This document shows positions 49,244 through 57,797 of a stretch of DNA of 64,000 bases, piece after piece. Below the pieces are notes generated by a model that searched no databases, was not told the origin of the DNA, and saw only the letters and a program-made list of their open reading frames with translations. Location: positions 17,109 to 81,108 of the forward strand of contig DAOOVU010000001.1 of the NCBI GenBank assembly GCA_035370505.1, given 5' to 3'. The translations under genes were made by a program, and so were the position numbers. Source of the DNA: Candidatus Dojkabacteria bacterium. Lineage in GTDB: Bacteria; Patescibacteriota; Dojkabacteria; SC72. Position 1 is the stretch's first letter. Each line of letters starts with the position of its first letter.

Positions 49244-49828
49244 ATGATTCTCTCAGATGTTTCTATTAAGGAGAAGATGAAGAATGGCGAGATTATTATT
49301 GATCCTTTCCATGATGAATTTTTACAGCCTGCATCATATGATCTTCACCTAGATAGATATTTTTTAGTTTTTAATAAAGAAAATGTAGGGGTTATTGATG
49401 TGAAGAATCGTTGTGATAATTTAATGAGGGAGATTGATATTGGGGAAAATGGATTTTTTATAATTCATCCGGGGGAACTTGTTCTTGCTAATGTAAAAGA
49501 GGTAATAGGTGTTGATGATAAGCATGTTGGGCGATTAGAGGGAAAGAGTTCTTTAGGAAGAATTGGTTTGATAGTACATGCCACGGCTGGTTTTCTTGAT
49601 CCTGGGAATAAGTTGAGGATGACGTTAGAGTTATCAAATTTATCGTCTCTTCCCATTAAGGTATATGAGGGAATGGGGATTTCTCAGATAGCTTTTGAAG
49701 AGTTAGACCGTCCATGCAGAAGAGTATATGGTGATAAGGCTTTACATAGTAAATATGTTGGCGATTCAAAGGTAAAAGAAAGCCAAATGTGGAGAAACTT
49801 CAAAGATAGCAAAAACACACTCCATTAG
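49244..49828 (+). CDS. dcd: dCTP deaminase (possibly bifunctional dUMP-forming)
   Basis: MILSD, LQPASYDL, LEGKSSLGRIGL.VH.TAGFLDPG, TLELSN, SKY. Confidence 0.94.
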   Translation: MILSDVSIKEKMKNGEIIIDPFHDEFLQPASYDLHLDRYFLVFNKENVGVIDVKNRCDNLMREIDIGENGFFIIHPGELVLANVKEVIGVDDKHVGRLEGKSSLGRIGLIVHATAGFLDPGNKLRMTLELSNLSSLPIKVYEGMGISQIAFEELDRPCRRVYGDKALHSKYVGDSKVKESQMWRNFKDSKNTLH

Positions 49829-50947
49829 TTACATTGTAGGTGGAACTTGAGGAAGTTCACCTGATGGAGTTTCATCAATTTTGGGCTGTATTGGTTGTCC
49901 AGCAGGTTGTTGAGGAATTTTGCTTATTTCACTATTAATCATATTCTGAAAATCATCTTGAGCTGGTATCTCTCCTGTAGTGTCAGGAATAGTAACTGCT
50001 GGTTCTGTTTGCATTGGCTGTGGTTGTTGTGGAAACTGAGAACTATTATCTGGAGACAAAAAATCGCTCGCAACAGATTGATCTAATGTGGGTTGACCAA
50101 ATGAAAGAGTATTGTTATTTTGAAATGTATTAATATCACTTGCACCGTAATTCTGTGCTTGGACTGGATTCTGAGCGACAGGTTGTACTGGTTGAGTCAT
50201 GTCTATGTTTGAAGAGAAAGGTTGCTGAGTTTGTTCCTGTTGTTGTGTCTGGTATGGATAAGGTTGATTTTCTGTTTGTGTTTGTACAGGGGTTGATGCA
50301 GTCTGTCCAATTGTAAAGTTAGGTTGCACTGAGGATTGCATATCATTGCCAGATTGAGGGATTGTTTGTTGAGTATCCATAGAACTGGGTACAGTAGTCT
50401 GATTAACTATATCAGCAAGTGTAGGTTTCGTTTCTTCAGTTTGGGTCTGAGGAGTTGAAACAGCTTGATTATTTGAATCGTTGTTAGGTGCAGAATTGAT
50501 ATCTTCTGGAGCAGATGTAGGCTGTGGAGTTACCTGTACGAGTTCCTGTGCTCCTCCTTTCTTCTTACTACTTATCAAAATCCCAATTATGCTAACAAGA
50601 AGGATAACTGATCCAACGATTAGTACATATGGAAGATAATCCATGTAACTGCTGGATGTACTTTTCGTAGACTTGCTTGTAGTTGTAGTAGTAGTTGTTG
50701 TTGTAACGGGTGTCGTTGTGGTTTCTGCTGTTGTTCCATCAGTTTGTGTTGTTGCATCAGTAGTTTGAGTAGTAGATTGGGTTGTATTTGCATCGTTTGT
50801 ATTTGATGTTGAGGTATCGTCAGAAGTGGTAGTAAATGATGATTCACTTGATGATACTGATACTCCAGAATCTGTTTGAGCAAAAACAGCCATTGGTAAA
50901 ACACAAACTAAAGATACAATAAAAATATACTTAGATAAATTTTTCAT
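49829..50947 (-). CDS. Type I membrane protein: signal peptide, Thr/Ser stalk, TM, Gln/Pro-rich tail
   Basis: Signal peptide ending AVFA|Q; poly-Thr stalk; TM YLPYVLIVGSVILLVSIIGILIS followed by KKK; about 240-aa low-complexity tail. Confidence 0.8.
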   Translation of the reverse strand: MKNLSKYIFIVSLVCVLPMAVFAQTDSGVSVSSSESSFTTTSDDTSTSNTNDANTTQSTTQTTDATTQTDGTTAETTTTPVTTTTTTTTTSKSTKSTSSSYMDYLPYVLIVGSVILLVSIIGILISSKKKGGAQELVQVTPQPTSAPEDINSAPNNDSNNQAVSTPQTQTEETKPTLADIVNQTTVPSSMDTQQTIPQSGNDMQSSVQPNFTIGQTASTPVQTQTENQPYPYQTQQQEQTQQPFSSNIDMTQPVQPVAQNPVQAQNYGASDINTFQNNNTLSFGQPTLDQSVASDFLSPDNSSQFPQQPQPMQTEPAVTIPDTTGEIPAQDDFQNMINSEISKIPQQPAGQPIQPKIDETPSGELPQVPPTM

Positions 50948-51074
50948 TCTGCAGACAGTTTTATATTATTTCTAATCAAAATTACCACAATGATAATGGG
51001 ATGTCAAAGGAAGCAGTAATGCTTTAATTATGTATTTGACTTGGCATCTTACAAAATATACACTTAGTGAGAAT

Positions 51075-52307
51075 ATGAATTACCAAGATTTGAACATTAT
51101 TCAAAACGGAATGCAAGGTGAAGCACAGAATGCTGTTGTTGGTGTGTCTGCTATGGATGAAAGTTTGAATGAGATAAAAGAGCTTGAAGAGAAGCTTCTG
51201 AATTCTGGGTGTCCAGATGGATTGAAAGAAGAAACTATGAGGTCAATAGCACGACTTCGAAGGATGGTGAAAATGGGTGGATATAGCAGTGAATTTGAGA
51301 ATGTAAGTAAATATGTTGATTGGGTAGTAAGAATTCCATGGGGAATGATTTCCGCGGATAACTTAGATATTAGCAATGCTAAAACTGTAATGGATCAGAC
51401 TCACTATGGAATGGATGATATAAAGAAGTTAATAATTGATTATCTTGCTGCAATGCAACTCCAAAGTGGGATAGGGATACCATCTAGTCAAGCAAGTATT
51501 CCTACGCAGTTAGGTACTCCTTATTCTCCAGAAGCAGATCATGTATCTGAAATGGTTAAATTGAAAGGGTCTTCAGCAAATGCTCCTGTTTTCCTTTTTG
51601 TTGGATTACAAGGTGTAGGAAAGACTTCTATTGCGAAATCGATAGCTGTTGCGATGAACAGAAAATTTGCAAGGGTGTCTCTTGGTGCAATAGGTGACGT
51701 AAGAACTTTAAGGGGTACTCCAAGATATTCAATAGATGGGGAGCCAGGACAGATTATTAAGGCGCTTATTCGTTGTGGAACTATGAATCCAGTGATCCTT
51801 TTAGATGAAATTGAGAAATCAAGTGGAAATTCAGGTCTACTTAATGATGTTATGGCAACTCTTCTGGAAATTCTTGATCCAGAGCAGAATTCAACATTTA
51901 TAGATCATTACATAGATTATCCTGTTGATTTATCAAAAGTATTTTTTATATGTACTGCGAATAATTTAGGAGGGTTATCTGCTGCACTGCTAGATAGGGT
52001 GGAGGTCATAAGGTTTACTAGTTATTCTGATGCAGAAAAAGAGGTCATTGCTAAGGAATATATTCTTCCTAAGGTTTATGAAAATCTGCATATATCTCCA
52101 GAGTATGTAACAATAGATGAAGATGTTTGGCCCAATTTAATAAGGCCTGTTGGTTTTGATGCAGGTATCAGGCAACTTGAGAGGAATATTGCGACAATGA
52201 TGAGAAGTGCGGCCAGAATGATAGTCGAAGGTCATCCTCTGCCTATTAGTATTACAAAAGATAATTTGAATCAGTTTGTTTTGTCTGATCAAGGGCCTTT
52301 GAGTTAG
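51075..52307 (+). CDS. Lon-type AAA+ ATPase lacking N-terminal and protease domains
   Basis: YVDWVVRIPW, MDQTHYGMDDIK, GLQGVGKTS, ILLDEIEK, LLEILDPEQNSTFIDHY, LLDRVEVI, AGIRQLER. Stops before any Ser-Lys protease domain. Confidence 0.88.
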   Translation: MNYQDLNIIQNGMQGEAQNAVVGVSAMDESLNEIKELEEKLLNSGCPDGLKEETMRSIARLRRMVKMGGYSSEFENVSKYVDWVVRIPWGMISADNLDISNAKTVMDQTHYGMDDIKKLIIDYLAAMQLQSGIGIPSSQASIPTQLGTPYSPEADHVSEMVKLKGSSANAPVFLFVGLQGVGKTSIAKSIAVAMNRKFARVSLGAIGDVRTLRGTPRYSIDGEPGQIIKALIRCGTMNPVILLDEIEKSSGNSGLLNDVMATLLEILDPEQNSTFIDHYIDYPVDLSKVFFICTANNLGGLSAALLDRVEVIRFTSYSDAEKEVIAKEYILPKVYENLHISPEYVTIDEDVWPNLIRPVGFDAGIRQLERNIATMMRSAARMIVEGHPLPISITKDNLNQFVLSDQGPLS

Positions 52308-52537
52308 TATCCCTTAAATGGGTTTTCTAATTTTAGAGCTGATATAGCTGCTTCCATCTGTGGAGATTGTATTCCCCTAGCTATAGCTCTATGCATTCTT
52401 TTTTGTTCTGCCTTGTTAAGGAGATATAGATCACTCTCCTTTTTTTGTTGTGGTATTGAATTTGTATCTATAGCATGTGTTATGAGGTAGTTTTCTTCTT
52501 GAATTGTATTTGTGTTATTGTTCTGCTGATTGTCCAT
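52304..52537 (-). CDS. Small hypothetical protein at end of the VirB4 operon
   Basis: ORF overlapping the VirB4 3' end; start MDNQQ chosen. Confidence 0.55.
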   Translation of the reverse strand: MDNQQNNNTNTIQEENYLITHAIDTNSIPQQKKESDLYLLNKAEQKRMHRAIARGIQSPQMEAAISALKLENPFKGY

Positions 52538-55133
52538 TATCGTCATTATTATTCTCTTCTGGATAGCTTTCAACTATTCCCTGAGGAGTTAAATGTCCTT
52601 TCCCTTTTTGTATCTTCATTCTGTCTGATACGACCTGTCCAGAGATTGTGCTGTCTTCGATCTTTTGAAGAAAATCTTTTTGTTGTTGGTATCCTCCTGA
52701 ATTCAATTGCATCTCTTGTTGCTTTAGTCTTTCCTCAAGTTCTTTCTGATATTGTTCTCTTTCCTCTTCTAAGAATGTTTTTTCTGTTTCTTTCTTTTCT
52801 ACTGCATGTTTTATAATTTCTTCTTGTCTTGCAATCTTTCCGTCTTTCATAGGTTTTTGTTGTGTTGGAGTATCAAATACTTGTGCTAATTCCTCCATAG
52901 TTCTTGTGTCAGGCTGTCCCTTTCTTTCAGCAAGTTTTTCAAGGTCTCTTGGATCTGAGGTTATCAACTCATGTTCTGATGTGCTAGAGAGGACTTGGAT
53001 TCCAACATGGTTTGATCCTGCGAAGAATAGTCCTTGTCCTTTATCACAGTTCAAAAGGAAATTTTTTTCTCCATCAGAGAGATTAAAGACTTGCTGTAGT
53101 TTATCTGCGGCGGTAGGGCTTTGCATCATAAGCATTTGCAGAGAGGAGTTGGCAATAATTGCCTTCCCCATGTCATTGTTTAGGAAGTCATTTACATCCT
53201 GTGTAATCGTTGATAGGCCAAGATAGTATTTCCTTGCTCTTTTTGCTATGGAGTACATAAATTTTGCAGAATCTTCAGATTGCATCATATACCATGCCTC
53301 ATCTACTATAAGTATTCTTCTTTTTCTGTCTTTTCTTACTTTTGTCCATATAAAATCGAGCATGAGATACATTGCTAATGGTTTTAGTTCTTCCTGCAGG
53401 TCACGAATACTAAAAACAGTAAGAGGGTTGTCAATTTCAAAATTACTTGCTTCGTTGAATACTCCTGCCCCGCTTCCTATGATGTATCTTTCTAGTCTTC
53501 TTGCCAATCCGTGTGCCTCTTCTTCTGCCATTCCTTTTAATACTTTGTAGAGATCTTCTAAAAGTGGAGGCTGTTTACTTTGTGTAGCTGGATCGTATGT
53601 TATGCCTTTCTCTCTGTAAGTTAGTATGAGAGCTCTGTCAAGTATGGATTCTTCTATATTAGTGAGATTTCTGTATAGTACTTTGAAGAAGCCATGTAGA
53701 GAAAGTAATTTCATTCTTAGCTCGTCATCTCCCTCTTCTGTAGATGATGCCAATTCGAATGGGTTCATTTTATTTCCCTTATCCTGTGAGAATGATATAT
53801 ATGAACCATTAACAGCAGATGCTAGGTTTTCGTATTCTCTTTCTGGGTCAATAATAATTATTTCGGTTCCGAGCATTAAACTTCTCAAAGCTTCTAACTT
53901 TACAAAATAACTTTTTCCAGCTCCTGACTTTGCAAACACAACGGTATTTGCATTCTCAAGTTCAAACCTATCAAAAATCACAAGGCTTTTGTTATGCATA
54001 TTTAATCCGTACATTATTCCATGATCCATAGTTAATTCTGATGTGACGAATGGGAATGTAGTTGCTAAGGATGTCGTATCCATATTTCTTGTAATGTACA
54101 AGTTGTCAATTCCAAGAGGTTGTGTGCTTATAAATCCTTGCTCCTGTTGAAGGGTTGCTGGTTTTGCTGTCACATTTATAGCTGCTAGAGTGGATACTAC
54201 ATTCCTAGATATTTTTTCTAGTTCATCCTTACTTTTTGCATATATTGTAATGTACATCGTGAAATGGAAGAATTTTTCTGTACCTTCAGCTATTGAATCT
54301 TGCAACTGTTGTGCATCGGAGAGAGCAACTTTTAGTGATGGATCTATTACTTTCCTTTCTTCCATTTGTGTATACATTGTTGCTTCCATTTCACCTATTT
54401 TCTTTTTTAATTTCTCAAGTATTGTTTTAGAATCAACTGGGTAATAGAAAGTACTTATTCTGAGGGAATGTTCAAAATTAATAATAGGAGAAAGCCAATT
54501 TGGCCCAACAAATCTAGGATACCCACTTACAAACAGGGTTCTAAAATAGTAATCTCCCATTTGAAGGTGGTTGAAATCGACTTCTAGATCTATTGGAGCA
54601 ATGATATCTTGTAAAGAGATATTAACATCTTCACCAATTATAGATGGAATTACTGAAGAATCTTCTTGAGGAGCTTCTTCTTGTGTTTTATTCTCAGGTG
54701 TTGGAGTCGTGGATTTACTATCCTTGTTTACTTGTGTGGAGATTGTATCAAGAAACTGAAAGAGTGGATTTTTGTTTTGTTTTGCAGGTGTACTAGTTTG
54801 TTGTGTTGTTTGTGAGGAAGTAGTATTTTCCTTTTCGTCCTTGTTTTGTGTCGGCTGTGGAGTAACCTTTATGTTGTTTTTCTTGTTATATTGACCTGCA
54901 AAATAATCAAGAATCTTTAGAAGTGGATTCTTTTTTGGTTTTGTTTTCTCTTCATCAGCAGGGAATGGATCTAAATATTTAGCCCTATTATCATTTGGGT
55001 CTTTTTGCTGTGAAGTTTTTATTGGGTTATTGATAGGATTTTTCTGTAAAGTTGATATTGGGTCTTTATTTAATGTTTTAGTTAAGTCATTCTCAAATGT
55101 TCTGTTGTAATTATTTTTGCTTATGTCTTCCAT
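52515..55133 (-). CDS. VirB4/TraC-like type IV secretion ATPase
   Basis: TTFPFVTSEL, GIMYGLN, Walker A AKSGAGKS, IIIDPEREY, MNPFE, Walker B IVDEAW, RARKY, ITQDVNDF, GQGLFF. Start ATG 55133 just after the upstream stop. Confidence 0.9.
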   Translation of the reverse strand: MEDISKNNYNRTFENDLTKTLNKDPISTLQKNPINNPIKTSQQKDPNDNRAKYLDPFPADEEKTKPKKNPLLKILDYFAGQYNKKNNIKVTPQPTQNKDEKENTTSSQTTQQTSTPAKQNKNPLFQFLDTISTQVNKDSKSTTPTPENKTQEEAPQEDSSVIPSIIGEDVNISLQDIIAPIDLEVDFNHLQMGDYYFRTLFVSGYPRFVGPNWLSPIINFEHSLRISTFYYPVDSKTILEKLKKKIGEMEATMYTQMEERKVIDPSLKVALSDAQQLQDSIAEGTEKFFHFTMYITIYAKSKDELEKISRNVVSTLAAINVTAKPATLQQEQGFISTQPLGIDNLYITRNMDTTSLATTFPFVTSELTMDHGIMYGLNMHNKSLVIFDRFELENANTVVFAKSGAGKSYFVKLEALRSLMLGTEIIIIDPEREYENLASAVNGSYISFSQDKGNKMNPFELASSTEEGDDELRMKLLSLHGFFKVLYRNLTNIEESILDRALILTYREKGITYDPATQSKQPPLLEDLYKVLKGMAEEEAHGLARRLERYIIGSGAGVFNEASNFEIDNPLTVFSIRDLQEELKPLAMYLMLDFIWTKVRKDRKRRILIVDEAWYMMQSEDSAKFMYSIAKRARKYYLGLSTITQDVNDFLNNDMGKAIIANSSLQMLMMQSPTAADKLQQVFNLSDGEKNFLLNCDKGQGLFFAGSNHVGIQVLSSTSEHELITSDPRDLEKLAERKGQPDTRTMEELAQVFDTPTQQKPMKDGKIARQEEIIKHAVEKKETEKTFLEEEREQYQKELEERLKQQEMQLNSGGYQQQKDFLQKIEDSTISGQVVSDRMKIQKGKGHLTPQGIVESYPEENNNDDNGQSAEQ

Positions 55134-55134
55134 A

Positions 55135-55770
55135 CTATTCTTCATCAGGGTTATATATAGTGTAGAACTCAGATATCAACTCTTTGTCTGTTAATTGATG
55201 CCCAAATAATCCCATTCTTCCTAATTGCTTTAGAATATGGTCTCTCTTTGGATACAGAAAGATTTTTGCCTTTTCAATCACTTGAGATGTGTCCATATCT
55301 TCTATTTGTTGCTGCTCTTCTTTGGATTTTTTCTTCTTTAGTGGAGAGACATTTGGAAGTTGACCACCTGGATAGTATGGGATAACTATAAAGAAGCTTT
55401 TATCAAGCACATCATTTTCTACTATCAAATTCTTAACAAACAGTGTATAGATATCAAGCTGTTTTCTTAATCCTTCTGTCATAGGTCTTTCTTTTTGTAT
55501 ATTTAGATAGTCAAGATAGTTAGTAATATCAACTCTCTTTGTCCTTATCAATATTTGAATTTTGAAATTTAGAGAGTTTAATAGGCCTGCAAAAGCATAA
55601 ATTTTATTGTCTTGTTCATAGTCAGCTAAAAGCTCAAAGTTTATGGAAGATGTTTGTAATACCAATGCCACACTCCCATTTTTATTTATAACCAAGTCGT
55701 CGGTTATTTGTTTTATAGCAAGATGGTCTTGTGTTGATGCTGTCGCTCTTGCTCGCGCATTTTTATCCAT
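55135..55770 (-). CDS. T4SS-associated protein (VirB4/TraC N-terminal-like)
   Basis: STQDHLAIKQI.DD, SSINFELL..YEQ, FAGLLNSL.F.IQILI, FFIVIPY. Sits between PrgI and VirB4. Confidence 0.75.
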   Translation of the reverse strand: MDKNARARATASTQDHLAIKQITDDLVINKNGSVALVLQTSSINFELLADYEQDNKIYAFAGLLNSLNFKIQILIRTKRVDITNYLDYLNIQKERPMTEGLRKQLDIYTLFVKNLIVENDVLDKSFFIVIPYYPGGQLPNVSPLKKKKSKEEQQQIEDMDTSQVIEKAKIFLYPKRDHILKQLGRMGLFGHQLTDKELISEFYTIYNPDEE

Positions 55771-55775
55771 TTTTT

Positions 55776-56600
55776 CTACAAAGCATTAATCTTAATTGGT
55801 AATCTATTATTTATTTTATTCATTATTATTTCAACAGAGGGAAATTCATATTGAGGGTGCTGGAAATCTATTGTGTAAGTTCCTGGCTCCCACTCCTTGT
55901 TAGTTAGGAAATAGCCGTTTGGGCCAGTTTTGCTTGCATAAAGGATTTTTCCGTTGGAATCCCTTAGATATGCTACAACATTTGGGATAGGTTTAAAATC
56001 TTTAGTACAGAGCCAGCAGTTAATATTGCCGGGAAGGTTTTCTAAACCTTTTGTTGAGAATTGATAATTTGCTAGGTTTTCATCGGTAATAATCAGTTTT
56101 GTTGGATCAATTTGTGTGGTCTGCTGAGGAGCAGTCTGCAGAATGTCTAAATTATCTTCAGTTTTTTCATCAGCTTTCTCAGTGGTTATTGTATCTAAAC
56201 CTCCTCCTATTATCTTTTTTGTATTTTCTTTCTGATCTTTATTAATTAATTGACCATCTTTTGTTGGTTTCAGAAGTGGCTTTGTTCTCGCTTCCTTCAT
56301 TTGTTTGTTTAGCCATGTTCTTTGTGTTGGATTATTTATAGCGGTTATATAACTTTGTATGAATTTATCAGCATCTTGTCCATTTATTGGGACAAGTCCA
56401 AGAACAATTCCTATGATTGAGCTGACTATACATATTGGGATACCTAAAATTGCAGGCATAATGTCTGATACCACTAAATACACCATTAGTCCGCCGAATC
56501 CAACTCCTATGGCGAGGTATGTAAACTCTTTTAATGTGAATTTAGTAAATAACTTAAATTCAACATCTAAAACATTTTGCGGTATAGCATGTTGTCTCAT
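55776..56600 (-). CDS. PrgI-family (VirB3-like) protein with C-terminal beta-sandwich domain
   Basis: HAIPQNVLDVEFKLF..FTLKEF, two TMs, PTQRTW; C-terminal D.NGKILYASKTGPNGYF...PGTYTI. Confidence 0.8.
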   Translation of the reverse strand: MRQHAIPQNVLDVEFKLFTKFTLKEFTYLAIGVGFGGLMVYLVVSDIMPAILGIPICIVSSIIGIVLGLVPINGQDADKFIQSYITAINNPTQRTWLNKQMKEARTKPLLKPTKDGQLINKDQKENTKKIIGGGLDTITTEKADEKTEDNLDILQTAPQQTTQIDPTKLIITDENLANYQFSTKGLENLPGNINCWLCTKDFKPIPNVVAYLRDSNGKILYASKTGPNGYFLTNKEWEPGTYTIDFQHPQYEFPSVEIIMNKINNRLPIKINAL

Positions 56601-56661
56601 ATAGGCAGATTCTACTAAAGTTTAGCAGAATATTAAAGGAAAGAGTATAAGGATTATAATT

Positions 56662-56999
56662 AGTAAGGTTCTGCCTAGGTAGAAGATGGAAGAAAAAAAT
56701 AAAGAAATGGAGCAATTAATTTATATTTTCTGTGATTTTCGATCATATTAGCATCACATACTTAATATGTGTTTTTGTTCTAAATAAGTGCTTTCTTTGT
56801 GATTATCCATGTATTAGGTAGAACCTAGGTTAAGCCTTGTATTAAACTTGGGTGCATTTCTGCTAGAAATTTTGTTTCTAAAGGTTCTATTTTAGAAGTA
56901 CAACTAAATGTTTTTGTATACTCAAAAAACTTCAAGCCAAGAGGTTTTCTTTATGTTTTGTAGATTGTGGGTTCTACCTAGGCTGAACCTAGCCTTACT
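56662..56999. repeat. Inverted-repeat-bounded structured intergenic element with AGG-N5-CCT 11-mers
   Basis: AGGTTCTGCCTAGGTAGAA (56666-56684) vs reverse complement of 56972-56990 (AGGTTCAGCCTAGGTAGAA): 18/19 identical. Third cluster TAGGTAGAACCTAGGTTAAGCCT at 56815-56837. Confidence 0.75.
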
Positions 57000-57014
57000 T
57001 GGTATAATCAATAT

Positions 57015-57797
57015 ATGAATATATCGGAGAGAATAGAGGAGCTTAGAGTTTTTCGATCGTTGATGGGTATCGATTTATCCGCCTCTGATATTAGCAGAAT
57101 TTGGGGTTCTCAGTACTCTAAAAAAGCGAGAAATCAACCACCTGATAGATGTAATCCTGTAATTGAAGAAAAAATTCAAATTTTACAAAAAAATCTAAAC
57201 CACTTCCTCCTTTTGGATAAAGTCAAGTTTATAGGTATTTCAGGCTCTGTAGGTGCCGGTTTTGCTAAAAGGGAGGATGATATTGATCTCTTCATAGTAG
57301 TTGAAGATGACTTTATGTGGGTGTATAGGTTGTACTTAGAATTATCAAATTTATTTAATGGGAAAGTTCGTCAAAAGAAACATAAAAATGATGTAAAAGA
57401 TAAATTTTGTGTAAATCTAATAGCTGAGGAACGTGGGGTTGTATTTGATAATGACATCTTTAATTTTCATGAATTAATGTTTTTGAAACCTGTGTATAAC
57501 AAAGAGTATATCTATCAGATTTACCTTAAAAATGAATGGTTGTTTGATGATTGGGGAATTAAGCCGTGTTCAAAACAAGAGAAATATGTGAAAAAGAATA
57601 ATGTAATTAAAAAAGTATTTAATGAAACCTGCTTCTTAATACAGTTGTCATTCATGTTTATCTCAAATCATGCTCCAGATCTCCATAGATTAGTGAGAAA
57701 CAACAATATCGGTAGGATAGAATTTTTCCCATGTGAATTCAAATTGAAGAAAATAAAGGAATACAAAAGAAAATTGGCATCAGCCCAAATTGTTTAA
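57015..57797 (+). CDS. Pol-beta-superfamily nucleotidyltransferase-domain protein
   Basis: ISGSVGAG...EDDIDLFIV (GS + DxD); TGnTATAAT 6 nt before ATG. Confidence 0.78.
   Translation: MNISERIEELRVFRSLMGIDLSASDISRIWGSQYSKKARNQPPDRCNPVIEEKIQILQKNLNHFLLLDKVKFIGISGSVGAGFAKREDDIDLFIVVEDDFMWVYRLYLELSNLFNGKVRQKKHKNDVKDKFCVNLIAEERGVVFDNDIFNFHELMFLKPVYNKEYIYQIYLKNEWLFDDWGIKPCSKQEKYVKKNNVIKKVFNETCFLIQLSFMFISNHAPDLHRLVRNNNIGRIEFFPCEFKLKKIKEYKRKLASAQIV

Noticed and set aside
50680-50830. GTT/GTA trinucleotide-like repeats
   Set aside because: Encode the poly-Thr stalk on the minus strand; not a CRISPR array or independent repeat.
56686-56751. 21-codon ORF MEEKNKEMEQLIYIFCDFRSY
   Set aside because: Too short, no clear SD, no supporting evidence.
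56662-56999. CRISPR array or oriC interpretation of the repeat element
   Set aside because: Repeats are inverted and irregularly spaced with no cas genes; only one weak DnaA-box-like 9-mer (TTATCCATG) and no dnaA nearby.
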